From NCBI RefSeq assembly GCF_009914755.1, contig NC_060926.1: a stretch of DNA of 64,000 bases; one strand, given 5' to 3'. Made by a program: the position numbers and the translations under genes. This DNA is from the human T2T-CHM13v2.0 reference genome, Homo sapiens. Below the pieces are notes generated by a model. That model was not told the origin of the DNA. It made no database searches and worked only from the letters and a program-made list of their open reading frames with translations. Shown one piece after another: positions 39,991 to 53,788 of the stretch (positions are counted from its first letter, which is position 1; each line of letters starts with the position of its first letter).

Positions 39991-41867
39991 AAAAATAATT
40001 TAATAAAAAAGAATGAGACATGATTGTGTGTAATTATAGTTGCCCATTGAACATTTAAAGTTTAAAATGATTATCAAGAGAGGGCTAATTCAGGAGTCAA
40101 TAAAGATTGGTCTAATATAGAAGTGCAGAAAGGAATAAGCTTCATAAAGTTCTATAACGGATGTGCTGTAATGGATGCTATTTACCTAGTATACTAGCAT
40201 ACCTTTGTACTACCTGGTCATCTCTATTATTGATTCTGAAGCATCATTATTGTTACTAGAGTGTGATCCCCTCCAGGAAAATTTATATAAGTGGCCATAG
40301 GAGTAGAAATGAAATCTTATCCAAAAGAACTAAAATTCAATGCAGAAAATAGATATTTATTAGCATCTAACTTCTGTTTTTTCATGGATTTATCAGCCAT
40401 CAGCTTGATGCTTTATACTTAGAAACAATTACTTAATAAAAAGCATGTCAAGAAGGGAGTCACTCCTGCTTTTTGTTTGGTATGAATGTTATATGTGACT
40501 ACTTCTGCATGTTCACTTCATATCTCTTATTTTGTATTTAAAAATTTCTGTTTGAGGTTTTAGAAGCAGATTTTAGAGGCAATGAGAAATGAGAAAACAA
40601 AGTGAAGCCTCCTCTTATCTCTGTCCCCTTCCACTCTGTCCAGTCCCATCCATGGCATGCATCCTAATTTATGCTAAAGAAAAAGTGTTAGTTTTAAGTA
40701 CACGCTTCTGAAATAACTGAGGTCCTCAGTTTACCTTGGTGAAAATAATTCTACATGCTCAGGAGATAAGAGATATTATATGCTCTCTAAAACATTTTCA
40801 GTAGTAAGATGTAGAATGAGAGAAGTAAAATAATTCCATTTGAAAATACTCGTTTCAAGTTATAGTCTTTAAGACAGTGTCCGCATTAATAGTATCTTGG
40901 CATTTCCTGTTGCCTATTTCCTCAGCCAAAAAATTAATGTTGAGAGTTTAAAAAAAGACATGGTTAAAGTATAAAAATACACAGAACAAATTTATGTATT
41001 TATAGGTTATCACAAATTTTATAAAGAAAAATTAGGTAAAGCTGAAAAATATGCTTACCATTTGAGGAGAAAATATTACTTCATCATGTAGGCACTGTGA
41101 TGGCCACTGAAGAAACATTTTCTGGTACATGTTATACATCCCAAATAAGAGTTCATTTTTCTCATAGTAAACAAAATATCTGCATTTATAAACACAAGGA
41201 CATGATATTTATACCTTGTATATAATAATAGAGCAGTTTCCACAAAAAATAGGATAAATATTTGTTTGGTTTGTTTTTATGTTTATTAGGTAAACTTTCT
41301 TTTAACAAATCTTTGTCTTTATCTCATCAAGATCAGAAATCTTTCTAAACGTGATCTGTAGATTTTATTTATGTATATAAATTACCCTCCATACTTTGAA
41401 CTAATGTGATCAATGAAAAACTTAAAAAATTAAAAGTTTGAAATAATAACCATAAATATATTAAATATACTGAAAAATTGATTCAGTGTTAAGAGTTAAA
41501 AGCATAATGTTTAAAATTTAATTATTGAAAGAATCTACAGAATTGGTTTTTCAAATTGCAGGCTTTTTAAAGACAGGATCATTATCAAAATTCTAGAAAT
41601 TATCAAAAACCAACAGCAAAAAGTAAATTAAATAGTCCTTCTCGCTTAGACTTAATTGGCTTACAGGTGTCTTTCATATGATCTACATGTCTGACTTTGC
41701 CTTATTTACTTGTAAGCTCTTTATATACTGATAGGGCTCTCTGTCTTAGAAAGCTTGATAAATGCAGAGACCTTATCTATCCTATAACTTGCTTTACTTC
41801 CAACATCCAGAAAAATATCAGTGTTATTTCCTCCACAGTCTATGGTCTGAACAACTACACAAATTAT

Positions 41868-42410
41868 ACAAAACCCTTCAATGGCTTGCTATCTCATTTA
41901 GGATATAAACTCTAACCCTTAGCACCACCTCCATGGCCTTACCTGTTTTTGCTTCTACCTTTCTTTTAATCTTACCCTCTCCAGTTCCCCACAGGCACAC
42001 TGAGCCAAGACACACCAGCACTGTACTCAGCAGAAATGCACTGAGTGTAACATTCTTAAGTTCTTGCTGTTTCCACTCTTCCTGGAGTGCTGTACTCCAG
42101 ACATCTCCATGACTAGAACTTCTCTTTGACTCAGGCCTCCACACCAACACCATCTTATCAGAGGGGCATTACCTACCACCTCATCTAAAAGCACAATTCC
42201 CCCTGCTCACTGTGCAATGTTTCCTCACCCTGTCTTATTGTACTTCTTGATGGTTATGTCCAACAGACATTTACATGTTTAGTTAATTGTTCTTTTATTT
42301 TTGGACCCTATCTTCTGTTTGAGATTTTATTCATTTCAAACTCTGTAGGTCATGAGAGAGCATATCACAGGCATTCAAATAAATGTTTGTTAAAAGAAGA
42401 AATAAATGAC
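41868..42410 (+). mobile_element. L2 (L2a-like) 3' end
   Basis: aaaacccttcaatggctt...cttgctgtttcc...aggcattcaaataaatgtttgtt. Confidence 0.75.
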
Positions 42411-42570
42411 TGGATAATTATCAGAAGAGCTCCTCAAAGAAACACACTAGTAGTCCCGAGAGTTCTCCAGGTGTCTTCTCAAGAGAATATTCTATTATCT
42501 TCTGCTTGGCTAACTGCTGCTTCAGACTATGAGATTAGTAACACATTAATATCAGAAAGCAGACTCCCAT

Positions 42571-43423
42571 CCAAAAGTGAGGCAATAACAAATGCTCTCA
42601 AGGATATGGGGGAAAGGGAACCCTCATACACTGCTGGTAGGAATGTAAATTAGTGCAACCACTACAGTGAACAGTTTGGAGGCTCCTCAAAAATCTTTAA
42701 AAAAAGAACTATAATATGATCCAGCAATCCCATTGCTGGGTATGTATCTCCCAAAGAAAGGAAATCAGTAGATTGAAGAGATATCTGCCCTCTTATGTTT
42801 GTTGCAGCACTGTTCACAATAACTAAGATTGGGAAGCAACCTAAGTGTCCATTAACAGGTGAATGGAAAAAGAAAATGTATTTATACACAATGGATTACT
42901 ATTCAGCCAAAGGGGGAAAAAAAAAGAAGAACGAGATTTTTTCATTTGCAAAAACATGGATGGAACTGAAGGTCATTATTTAAGTGGAATAAGCCAGGCA
43001 TGAAATGACAACCATTGAATGTTCTCGCTTATTTGTGGGATCTAAAAACCAAGACAATTGAACTCATGGAGATAGAGAATAGAAGGATGACTACCAGAGT
43101 CTGGGAAGGGTCGTGGGGCATGGGGGAGGGAGGTGGGATGGTTAATTAATACAAAAAATAGTTATGAAGAATGAATAAGTCCTAGTATTTGACAGCACAA
43201 CAGGCAGATTATAGTCAATACTAATTTAATTGTACATTTAAAACTAAGATAGTATAACTGGATTGTTTCTAACAAAAAGAATAAACACTTGAGGGGATGG
43301 ATACCCGATTGTCAGTAATGTGATTATGCATTGTGGTTACATACCTGTAGCAAAATATCTCATGTACCTCATAAATATATACACCTATTATGTGCCCACT
43401 AAAATTTAAAAAAAATGAGAAGA
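42571..43423 (+). mobile_element. L1MA (MA1-5-like) 3' end
   Basis: ORF2 C-terminus MFVAALFTITK...KCP and long MA-type 3' UTR; TSD agaaagcagactcccat (42554-42570) / agaaagaggactcccat (43424-43440). Confidence 0.9.
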
Positions 43424-43608
43424 AGAAAGAGGACTCCCATTGCTACTTCAATCACTCCTACCTCTTTTTAAGCATGGCAATAGAACAGAGGTTAGATTTT
43501 GGCATTTGACATTAGTTTACTGAAGGTTGAATAACAATCAACAGGACATAAAATACACAGGAGACTGCTGAATTTGACTATAGTTAGAATATGAATTAGT
43601 TGAATATG

Positions 43609-43750
43609 GTTGTTTGTTTGTTTGTTTTGAGATGGAGTCTCTTGCTCTGTCACCCATGCTGGAGTGCAGTGGCGCAATCTCGGCTCAGTGCAACCCTCTG
43701 CCTCCTGGGTTCAAGTGATACTGGCACCTCATCCTCCCAAGTAGCTGGGA
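43609..43750 (-). mobile_element. Alu right-arm fragment with (GTTT)n tail
   Basis: gagatggagtctc...gctggagtgcagtggcgcaatctcggctc...gtagctggga. Confidence 0.9.
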
Positions 43751-43759
43751 TAATATTGT

Positions 43760-45060
43760 TTTTATTATTATACATTCTTTTACTATTATCCCTGAGACTA
43801 TCTGTTATATTTACCATTTACTAGTGTCTATAAATTCATAATTGTACCACTTCATGAACAATGCTAGAATCTTACAATATTTTGGCTCTACTTGCCACCC
43901 TGTGCTATTCATGTCAAGTACTTAAATGTTACATATATATTCTACCCCACAAAGAATTATGATTTGTACTTTAAATAGGAATTTATTTACATTTACATTA
44001 ATACCTTCTCTGTTGTGCTTTTCTTTCTTGCAACTGGGATTATTTTCCTTTAGCCTGATAAAGTTCATTTAATATTGTTATTATTCCTGATTTATTGGCA
44101 ATTTTATCTCTCTCTTTCTGAAAACCACTGTATATTGCTTCTTTTGGTAAATAATATTTTTAGTGGGATAAGATTTATAGGTAGGTCATTAGTTTTCTTT
44201 GAGCAGTTTAAAGGTTATCTTTCGACTTCCTCAATTTCTGTTAAAAAGTCGACTTTTGCTCTTATTTTTTCTCTTTTGGAAAAAGTTTCCTCACCACTTG
44301 AGCTATTTTTAATATTTTTGTTATTGGATTTTAGCAGTTTTACTATGTGATGTTTTAAATGCTTATTTCCCTGAATTTGCACTACTTGACATGTAATGTT
44401 TCACAATTATTTTGCTTGAAGTCTGTATCCAAGTCTCTTTGGAATATGCAGGCTAATATTTCTTCAAAATTGCTGCATTCTCCTTTCATTTTTATTCTGA
44501 AACTCCAACTTGCATGTATATTAGATCATTTCACCTTATGTAACGTGTACTCTTTCTGTATTGTTCATCTTTTTATAATTTCTTTCTGTACTTTAAATCT
44601 GTATATTTTTTTCTGACTTCTTCCAGTTCACCAGTTTTCTCTTTTTCTGTGTTTAATCTATTGTCAAACCTATTTCTCCAATTCAAAGTTTATGTATTGT
44701 GTATTTCAGTTTAAGAATACCCACTTGATTCATTTTTACCAGTTCTAGTTTTTTGGTTAGCATTTCCATATGTACTGCTTTCTTGAACACATCAAACTTG
44801 GTTATTATAGACCATTGGAGTCTAATAACTTCAATATCTGAATCTCCTATGGTTTTACTTTTTTCAACTTACTCCTTATATTTTAATCATTCATCCCTGT
44901 TTTCTATGTGTGGTAGTACACATATTTTATTTGAATTTCAAATATTCTGTATGAGAATATGTTAAGTTGCTAAATGACTGTGTATTCCTCCAGAAAGAAT
45001 TTACTTTTCTGATGCAGCTGTGCTACTGGTAGGTCATCTTAATCTAATGAAGACTTAGTT
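43760..45060 (-). mobile_element. Very old L1M (ORF1/5' region) remnant
   Basis: T-rich decayed motifs such as ttttagcagttttactatgtgatgt, ggctaatatttcttcaaa, tcttccagttcacc. Confidence 0.45.
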
Positions 45061-45105
45061 TAAGATTTTGTGAGGAATGTTCTTTCTCTGGTTTGCTCTT
45101 TCTCT

Positions 45106-45957
45106 TCTTTTATCAACTTTTATTTTAGAATTAGAATGTACATGTGCAGTTTTACCACAAAGGTATATATGCTGAGATTTGGAGTACAGGTGAGTCCATC
45201 GTTCAGGTAGTGAGCATATTACCCATAGGTAGTTTTTCAGCTCTTGCATCTCCTCTATCTCCCTCCCCTCTAATGATTGTTAATGTCTATTGTTCCTATC
45301 TTTACGTCCACGTGTGTCCAATGTTTAGCTCCCACTTATAAATGAGAACATGTGGTATTTGGTTAGTTTACTTAGAGTCATGGCTACCAGCTGCATCCAT
45401 GTTGCTGCATGGATATGATTTTGTTCTCTTTCGTGGCTGCATAGTACTCCATGGTGTATATGTACCACATTTTCTTTATCAAATCCATCACAGATGGGTA
45501 CCTGGATTGATTCCATGTGTTTGCTATTTTGAGCAGTGCTATGATGAAAATATGGGTGCATGTATCTTTTTGGTAGAACAGTGTATTTGCCTTTAGGCAT
45601 ATACTTAGTAATGGGATTGCTGGGTCAAATGGTAGCTCAACTCTTAGTTCTTTGAGAAATATCCTAACTCTTTTCCATAGGGACTCGACTAATTTACATT
45701 ACCATCAACAATGTATAAGCTAAGTCCTCAAAAGAAATTGCAACAAAAACAAAAATTGACAAGTGGGGCCTAATTAAGCTAACACATTTCTGTACAGCAA
45801 GAAACTATCAACAGAGTAAACAGACCACCTCCAGAATGGGAGAAAATATTTGCAAACTGTGAATCGGACAAAGGTCTAATATCCAGAATCTATAAGGAAT
45901 TTAAACAAATCAACATGCAAAAATCAAATAACTCCATCAAAAAGTGGTCAAGGATAT
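45106..45957 (-). mobile_element. L1PA15-17/PB-like 3' end with inverted 5' segment (45721-45957 on +)
   Basis: Antisense 3' end up to 45720, then sense ORF2 sequence aaaattgacaagtgggg...aaaagtggtcaaggatatg. Confidence 0.85.
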
Positions 45958-47559
45958 GCTTTTACTCTCAACTTAAAGACTGGAATGCTTCCTAAGACTT
46001 TTAACTTCAGGCTCTGAACTTTCATCACTAGCTCTTCAGCATCAGTAGACTATAGGAATTTCTGTTAAGACCCTTAGCACCTTGCCAGCTCCTTTCTTGT
46101 TTTTGTCTCAGGTCACAAAAAATGCAAGTTGGCAATCACATTGAGAAAATGTTTCAGGCAAAATATTGGGTTAAGACTCTATCTTATCTTGTATTTTGGC
46201 CACTTGAGTCCCAGCTGCTTTGGCACACAAAACTCTAAACACTGTCTCTTCAACCCAGCAAACCCTAAGCCACCTCTTTTTAATTGACCTCTATTTCCAG
46301 CACAGTGAATTGGAAATTGTCAGAGAGAAACATGAGTTCACTTTAATGTTTCTTTTCTCTTTTGGAATTTAGTCTCCCTTACTTCATCTTCTTCTATGTT
46401 TAGTCTATTATAAAACCTATCTCTAAAATTCTAAATGTATATATATTATATATTTCTGTTTGAGATTATCCATGTGATTCACTTTCACAAGTTCCAGTTT
46501 GCTAGCTGTATTGGTCTTCTCTTACATGTTTAAATAGTTTTTTGTTGTTGTTGCTTGGGTAGTTGGTTTTGTATTTTATTGAGATTGTATTATTTTTCTC
46601 TCCACGAGAGTTTGTTAGATACAAGACATTCTGTTATTTCCAGAGGAAATTTGGCTTTAAATAGCATTTTATATAGGTCATTAAGTCTCCAGTCCACATT
46701 TTACTAGAGAAATAACTAACTGTGGTGTAATATAGTTCTACTAAAACAGATCTCTTGAACATTTAGTCTAAACATTTCCATTCTTTTAAACTTTGACTCG
46801 TATTTTTCCAAAAAACACATATTGATATAAATTTTTATATTTGTGTTGTTAAAGAATATAATATAGTGTTTTTTTCAGGTATATAAAGTAAACAAATGTT
46901 ACACAAAGAGAATAGTACATACAATTTTAAGCTGCTAGTTTTCTTAACTTATGTTTATTAGGGTCTTAAAAATTCTGGGGTTCTACTCTTATCCAAAGTA
47001 CACAGGTACATATGTCTTTCTCTGTACTTATAATCTATATTTTTTCTTCTACTTTTATTAATGCAATTTCTTCATAGAATTTAGTCGAGGAGCTCTGAAA
47101 TGTATAGAGTCACTTCCACTCTATTTTTTCCTTACTTAAGAATGCCATCTCTTATTTTGGAACTAAGGTCAAGCTTGGGAATGTAATGCTAATCTTTAGC
47201 ATGACTTTCTCTCTGCATGAATACCAAGTTGCTAGGGAGGAAAAATATCAAAGCAACAAAGCAGGTCTATGGTATTAGATATGAAAGGAAAATCCTCTTG
47301 CCAGACTCCCTAGAAAATCAGACACCATGTCAGGATTAACTTGATACCTGATAAGAGAGAAAGTTATTGAAGTGAGTTTCTCACATAAGTTTTTATCATC
47401 TTCTGATTTCATTTTTTTCTCCTAGAATAAAAGAATTGAATTTCAGCTAAATAATACTTCTTGACCTTCAGAGAAAATATGAATCAAAGCAAATAAATAT
47501 TAGTTAAAATGGTGGAAGAAATACTGATAATGATTAATATCTAGCTTTATAATCATGTT

Positions 47560-47760
47560 GCCTAAATTGTAATCCTAAGTTTGCAACCTCTATCTTTAGT
47601 ATTTTTTCAACCTTTCCTTCTAAGCCTAATATATTTCTCTGTAAAGTAGGCATAAAATAGCATCCACATACAAGGCTTTATATTATTATAGTAATATATA
47701 CAAAGTCCTGAACAAAATGTCTACCATGTAAGAAGCCCTCAATGAATGTTCAATGCCATT
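47560..47760 (+). mobile_element. MIR SINE (degenerate)
   Basis: ctgtaaagtaggcataaaatagc...tatacaaagtcctgaacaaaatgtctaccatgtaagaagccctcaatgaatgtt. Confidence 0.55.
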
Positions 47761-49159
47761 TTCATTACCTACCCCATGCCTAGTATAATAAAAATAACCT
47801 AGTCTCAAAAAATTAAAGGTAACTCTTGAGGATGCAGACTCTTCATTCTATTTCCCAATTACAAATGTTTCATTAAATTTAATTTACATTTTTCCTCAAT
47901 CTCTTTTAAAAAAAACCAAGCCAATAGAAGTAACATTTGATTTTGATTAAGGATGCAATCTATTAAAACTCTGTTTGCTCCTTGCTGATGCATTGATCAT
48001 AATTATCTTGTCATATGTCACTAAAGGCAGTGACAAGGTGGTAATGAAGCTTTGCAAGTTTAAAATAAAATCTTTCTTATTATTAAGCCTGTGAATTCTG
48101 GAGCTTTTAGTCAAGTGTGAAAAATACTCTTAACAATAATTGAAACAAATAAAATCTAACATGAAAAACTTGAAAATCACAGCACTTTGCTTTGGAAGTC
48201 ACGGTGTTATTTATGTAGGTATTAATAATGCCTTCTCATACCCAGTACAAAGCACAGCATATGGTACTCACTAAATGCTTAATTGTCGAATTTAAATTAA
48301 AACAGATTTCAAGCAGGTGAAGCTGAGACATGGGTGACAATACAAGAGATCTAAATCAGAGGTTCCAGATTATGTGTCCATTTACACAAGCTGACAGTTC
48401 TAAGCAGGTTTCAATTGCAGGGTGGTCAGTTAGAGTAAACAGCTATGCTGGTAAGAAAGTTCAGTAGGCAGCAAGAGTGGCACTTATTTAAAAAAAATCA
48501 GATTATTTACTCTCTGCCCTTATTTTGTATTATTGATGGAGATAGGAAATTCTAGATCCACTGTTATTGAATTTATATGAAAAAACACATGTCTGAAGAT
48601 TAATGCCCATTTGAATTGAGTCATAAGCAAGAGGCTACTATTTTATTACCTCACATATTGAGGTTTGCCTATTAAGTGTTTTCAATTAGTTTTCAAATAG
48701 AACTGGATACCAATTATTACTCGCATATGTATATATTTAATTCTGAGGTTTCTAATAATGAATTGTTCAATGTTAGTTTCATATGGAACAGAGAATTTGG
48801 TAAACGGAATCACACATTAAAATTCAGTTCAGAATATAGAGAAAAGTGATACATTTGCGGAAAATACATATCTGTGTCTAAATAAGTTATGGTGGAACAA
48901 TAATCCAAGTTAGTTAATTAACAGCATTGACTAAAAACTAAGCTTCCCATGGAAAATAACTCTCTATTATATAGACTTTATATATTTATCTTACTCAGCT
49001 AAAGTTTCCTATAATTCTTCCCAAAACCTTTATTTGGTGACTAAACTGTGGTTACCACAGCGATTTAATGATAAATTCATCAGATAACTCTACATATAAT
49101 TATTATATTATGGTATGAAAAATAATATTACAAAATGAATTAATGTAGTTGATAACATG

Positions 49160-49330
49160 GATACTTCTAAATCCCTATGTGATTATTAGGATCACTAAAG
49201 GAAATTTTATGAGATGCAGATACTGGGGACACACTCAAAATATTCAGAATTTATTATAATTTGTCTTGGGACAAGCATCAATATTTTCTTTTAAAGCTCC
49301 CCAATATGTCCCCTGGTAGAGACCTACTGA
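49160..49330. mobile_element. MER5-like hAT-Charlie MITE
   Basis: ttaggatcact...atgcagatactgggg...ttttaaagctcccc...gagacctactg. Confidence 0.5.
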
Positions 49331-50197
49331 TTTGATTGATGGAGGTCAGTAAATGCAACAACAAAAGTATAGAAAGTAAATTTAAAATTTGTTAAGTAAG
49401 GAGAGAAAAAAATAAATTATTATAATAAACCCATGGATTTGTAGAGTTAAGAACTCCTTAATTGGAAGGAGAAAGTCTATTCTATCCAGCAGAGAGAGAT
49501 AATTATTCCTGGTTAAATCTCTCAAAAAATCTCTATGGTTTATTTTTGTTTTCTTTTGATATGTGGCTTAATAATGCATTTGGACATATGAAGAATTTTT
49601 TTTTCTGCTGACAAGAGTAGGAATTATAGATTTAGGTTAGAAGAATGAGTTCAGTCAACTGTGGGAAACAAAATACAATATGTATATTTAAGAACTTTAA
49701 AATTATAATCAACGAATGTATGTATAGGAGATTAAATGATATTTATATAATAATATATAATGATATAATTATTTATATAATAATTAAATGATATCTTTTC
49801 TGGTTCTTTGTAACTATATTAGTCAATAAAAATAAAATATAATAAAATGTCAACAAATATAATTTTCTCCAATATTTTAAAAACAGATTGATACTAAATA
49901 AACAAAATTAATTAAACTTTTACATCTGTTCATCATATTAGACATCCCTTTTACTCTTGTACTCCTGCACTCTTTTGCTGTTTTCTTAAACATGATTTTA
50001 AAAATAATAGTATTTTAATTAATAAAAAAAATAGAAAAGCAGGTATACAACATAAGAGAAAGGCTATTTTCCCTTAGCTGACACAAATATAAAATATTTT
50101 AGTATAAGGCATGTTACTTGCTGCCTGATTTTTTCAAATGTTTTCAAGTCCTTTGAGAGAAATAAAATTATTTAAGTGAATGAAATAAATGATATAA

Positions 50198-50593
<396 letters not shown>

Positions 50594-51769
50594 GATATAA
50601 CAAATTTCAAATTCAAACTAAAATTTCAGAAAATGCCTTCTTACATTTGTGTTTTGTCTTCATTTGAGTGAATTAAAGAATTTTGAAACATCAAAGTATT
50701 TAAAAAATATTTATCTTTAAAACATTGTTCTCAGTTTCCAGACAGTGTTGGGAAAAAGGAAGACCTTCAACAAATTTGAGACTTGAGAGAATCCAGTGTT
50801 TTAAAGTCCACTGGTTGTGTCAGTCAATAAAATTGAGATGATAATCAAGGCAACAATCTGAGATTAATGACTTCCACAAGTATGAGGTGTGTTTTAGAAC
50901 TAGGAAGCATTTTAAACATTATTAAAAGTGAGAAAGACACACAGTCATATGCCACATGTAATGTGCAAACTAAATATGTTGATCAAGAAGAATATAATGC
51001 ATTTATTTTTCACCTATTAAGGATACAAAACTTTCAAAAATGCCGTCTCTGAAATTTGTGTAATTCTCATTCCAAATACAAGACAGCCCAAGTTTATATA
51101 GCTGATAATTAGTGTAGCTGATGAAGCTAAGACTGATATCTAAAAGTAACTAAAGAATCTGTTTATCTCACAGGTTCTGGAGATTAGGATGTGGACATCT
51201 TTGCGATGACTATTTTATAGCCTAACATAGCTTTGTTTGGGTAACAGAGACTTACTCAGGTTACCTCCCCTCGAAAATTGGGGAAAAACTTAAAGATAGG
51301 TGTCAATTGATAAGATAAAAGGTCTAAGAAAAGCAAGAATCTCAGTCACACAAGAATGCAGAATTAGACTGATGAAAAAGCAGGAATCATAGCACAGCTT
51401 CACTTCAAGATACTGGAATTGGATATGGATATTCTTTTCAAACCCAAGGCAGCTCTGAAGACCTCAGCATATGAAGTTTGTAGAACTCTACTTTAGACTC
51501 TGCAATAATGTCACTTCCAAATTGCCTTTGTGTTTTTATGTATACTCCCTATTCACATACTAACTTCTTTTTTACGCTAATACTGCATGCATTTCATGGT
51601 TCATGATTATCCAAAACTTTGAATTTTTATTATTTTAACGGATATGCCAATAATAATTTTTTTTTGCCAGTGACTCTCACCATTAACCCTAAGCTTTTGC
51701 TCATGTTATGACCTACCCAATTCATTCCAGCTTTCTTGGCACATTTTTTCTTAGTGTCATTCATAAGAA

Positions 51770-51918
51770 CTCTTTTGTTAGAACTGCCAAGAATTACTAT
51801 TAAAGATACAGCTTCCTGAATCTAGCAACCAGAATCAGAGGACAGGGGTGGGCCTGGGATCTGACTTTTAAGCAAGCTTCCCAAATAATTCCTATACCCA
51901 GCAAAAATTGAGAAAACA
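51770..51918. mobile_element. MER5-like hAT-Charlie fragment
   Basis: gaatcagag...ggggtgggcctgggatctgacttttaagcaagcttccc...ttgagaa. Confidence 0.55.
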
Positions 51919-53395
51919 TATGCCTGAGATTCACCTGGCTATTCCTCTTATACTTGTTTAAGCAAAATTTGTTTTTCACAAATTGGCCAAAAATTGAGTG
52001 TCTGCCAAGTTTCTTTATTTACTGTCCTTAAATCAGTAAGGGACTGAATCAATATGCTTTTCTAGCAAATTGTTTTAAAAGTAAATTTATTGGAAATTTT
52101 ATTCACTTATTGTCTATTAATCTATCCATCTATATTTCTATATCCCACTATGTGTCACTTTCTGTTCCCAATTTTGGGAAAACTTCAAGGAAAAACATAA
52201 TGTTGTGAAATGGTAAATAAGTTATAATAGTAGGTAAGAGCTATGATACCACTGAGGATAAATGATCATGGCAGTAGAAATACCCTATACCAACTTTCTT
52301 TGAGTGGGAAAGTTAATGAAAAATAGCACTTTTGAGTCCAGGTAATGGATTCCTAATTCTGTCCAGCCCAGCCTTCTCAGATTTAGTCCCAAAGAACACT
52401 AGTGTATGAGTAAATTCAGGGAGCCGTAATATTGAGAGACTTGGCCAATTTGGGCCTGGGACATGCCTTTCTGCATGTTATATTAGGGAAGAGGTCATTG
52501 GCCTCAGCCAAGAGGCGATGACCATGCCTGGAGCAGGAGCCAAAGTCCTAGCCAAGTAGGGTAAGAGCTATCAGACATAGAGTTGTGCTGTGGTAACAGT
52601 GGGGAAAGTAACGGTGTCCAACTTTGGGATGTATGGGTTTCAACTGTGACACAAGGCTGTGGCTATGTTGGCATATATGATTTATGATAACATAATATAT
52701 ATAATATATATTATATCCATATATAAATATGTACATTTGTGTATAGATACATATTTTTCCAAATGAATATGAAACACACAGTAAATAGTCGCAGAGTGAA
52801 GTAAAAGGTATTCATTCAACCTAATTTTATTGATTTTCTCCTGAAATTTAAAAAATTTCCAATAAACTTTTTATTCTCAGTTTTGTACATGACACCTGAT
52901 GATATGTGTCCATCAAATCAGAATGTACCTGATATATAAGCATTAATTTCCATGTTAAAGTTAAATTATACACTTAAAAAGAACAAAATAACTTTGGGAA
53001 AAGCAACCCTAGAACACAAACTTCACTAATTCAGATAATCCTCTTCATTCCTAAAAGAATATAGGTAGTAAGTCCAAAGCTTGTTTTACTTTCTACATTT
53101 CTAATATTTTAAGTGGGCACATGTGAGAAATGGAATATGGTTTTTACTATTCATTATCTAATCATTAATATTCATGAGTGAATTAGTAAAGAATTCAAAT
53201 ATAACAATAATAAAAATTATTGTTTCTTAAAAATTGCCTTTTGCAGGAAAGATTCTCATTAGTTTTGTTCCTCTAGTCAACAAATTATTCCACTTTAGTA
53301 GAAATGAATATGCTGTTAATATTTGATGTTTGTTGGAAACTTGTAGCTCAGTTTCATCTAAGGTATTATCATTTCAGAGAACTGAAAAAAATAGA

Positions 53396-53788
53396 TGTCT
53401 TAGTCTGTTTTTTGTTGCTATAACAGAATACCACAGTCTGGATAATTTGTAAAGAAAAGAAATGTATTTCTCAGAGTTCTGGAGGCTGGAAATCCTATAT
53501 CCAGTTGCTGGCATCTGGTGAGGGCCTTCTTGCTGCATTGTCCCATGGCAGAAGGTATAACATGAGGAGAAAATACCCAAGAGAGGGAAGAAGGGGCAAG
53601 ACTCATCCTTTTATAAGCGACTCAGTCTGGAGGTAACTAACCCACTACTAAAATTAAGGCATTAATTTATTTATTAGGTCAAGCCTTATCGCCTGCTTAC
53701 ATCTTAAGAGTCCTATCTCTCAACACTGTTGCATTAGGGATTAAGTTTCCATCAAACAAATGTTGGAGAACACTTTCAAACCATAGCA
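53396..53788 (-). mobile_element. MST (MSTC/D-like) MaLR solo LTR
   Basis: tgtcttagtctgttt...gctataacagaataccacag...ttcaaaccatagca. Confidence 0.88.

Noticed and set aside
41059-41179. Possible 121-nt minus-strand exon (tgcag|...atg|gtaagc) with one open frame
   Set aside because: Weak polypyrimidine tract, unrecognisable peptide and no partner exons
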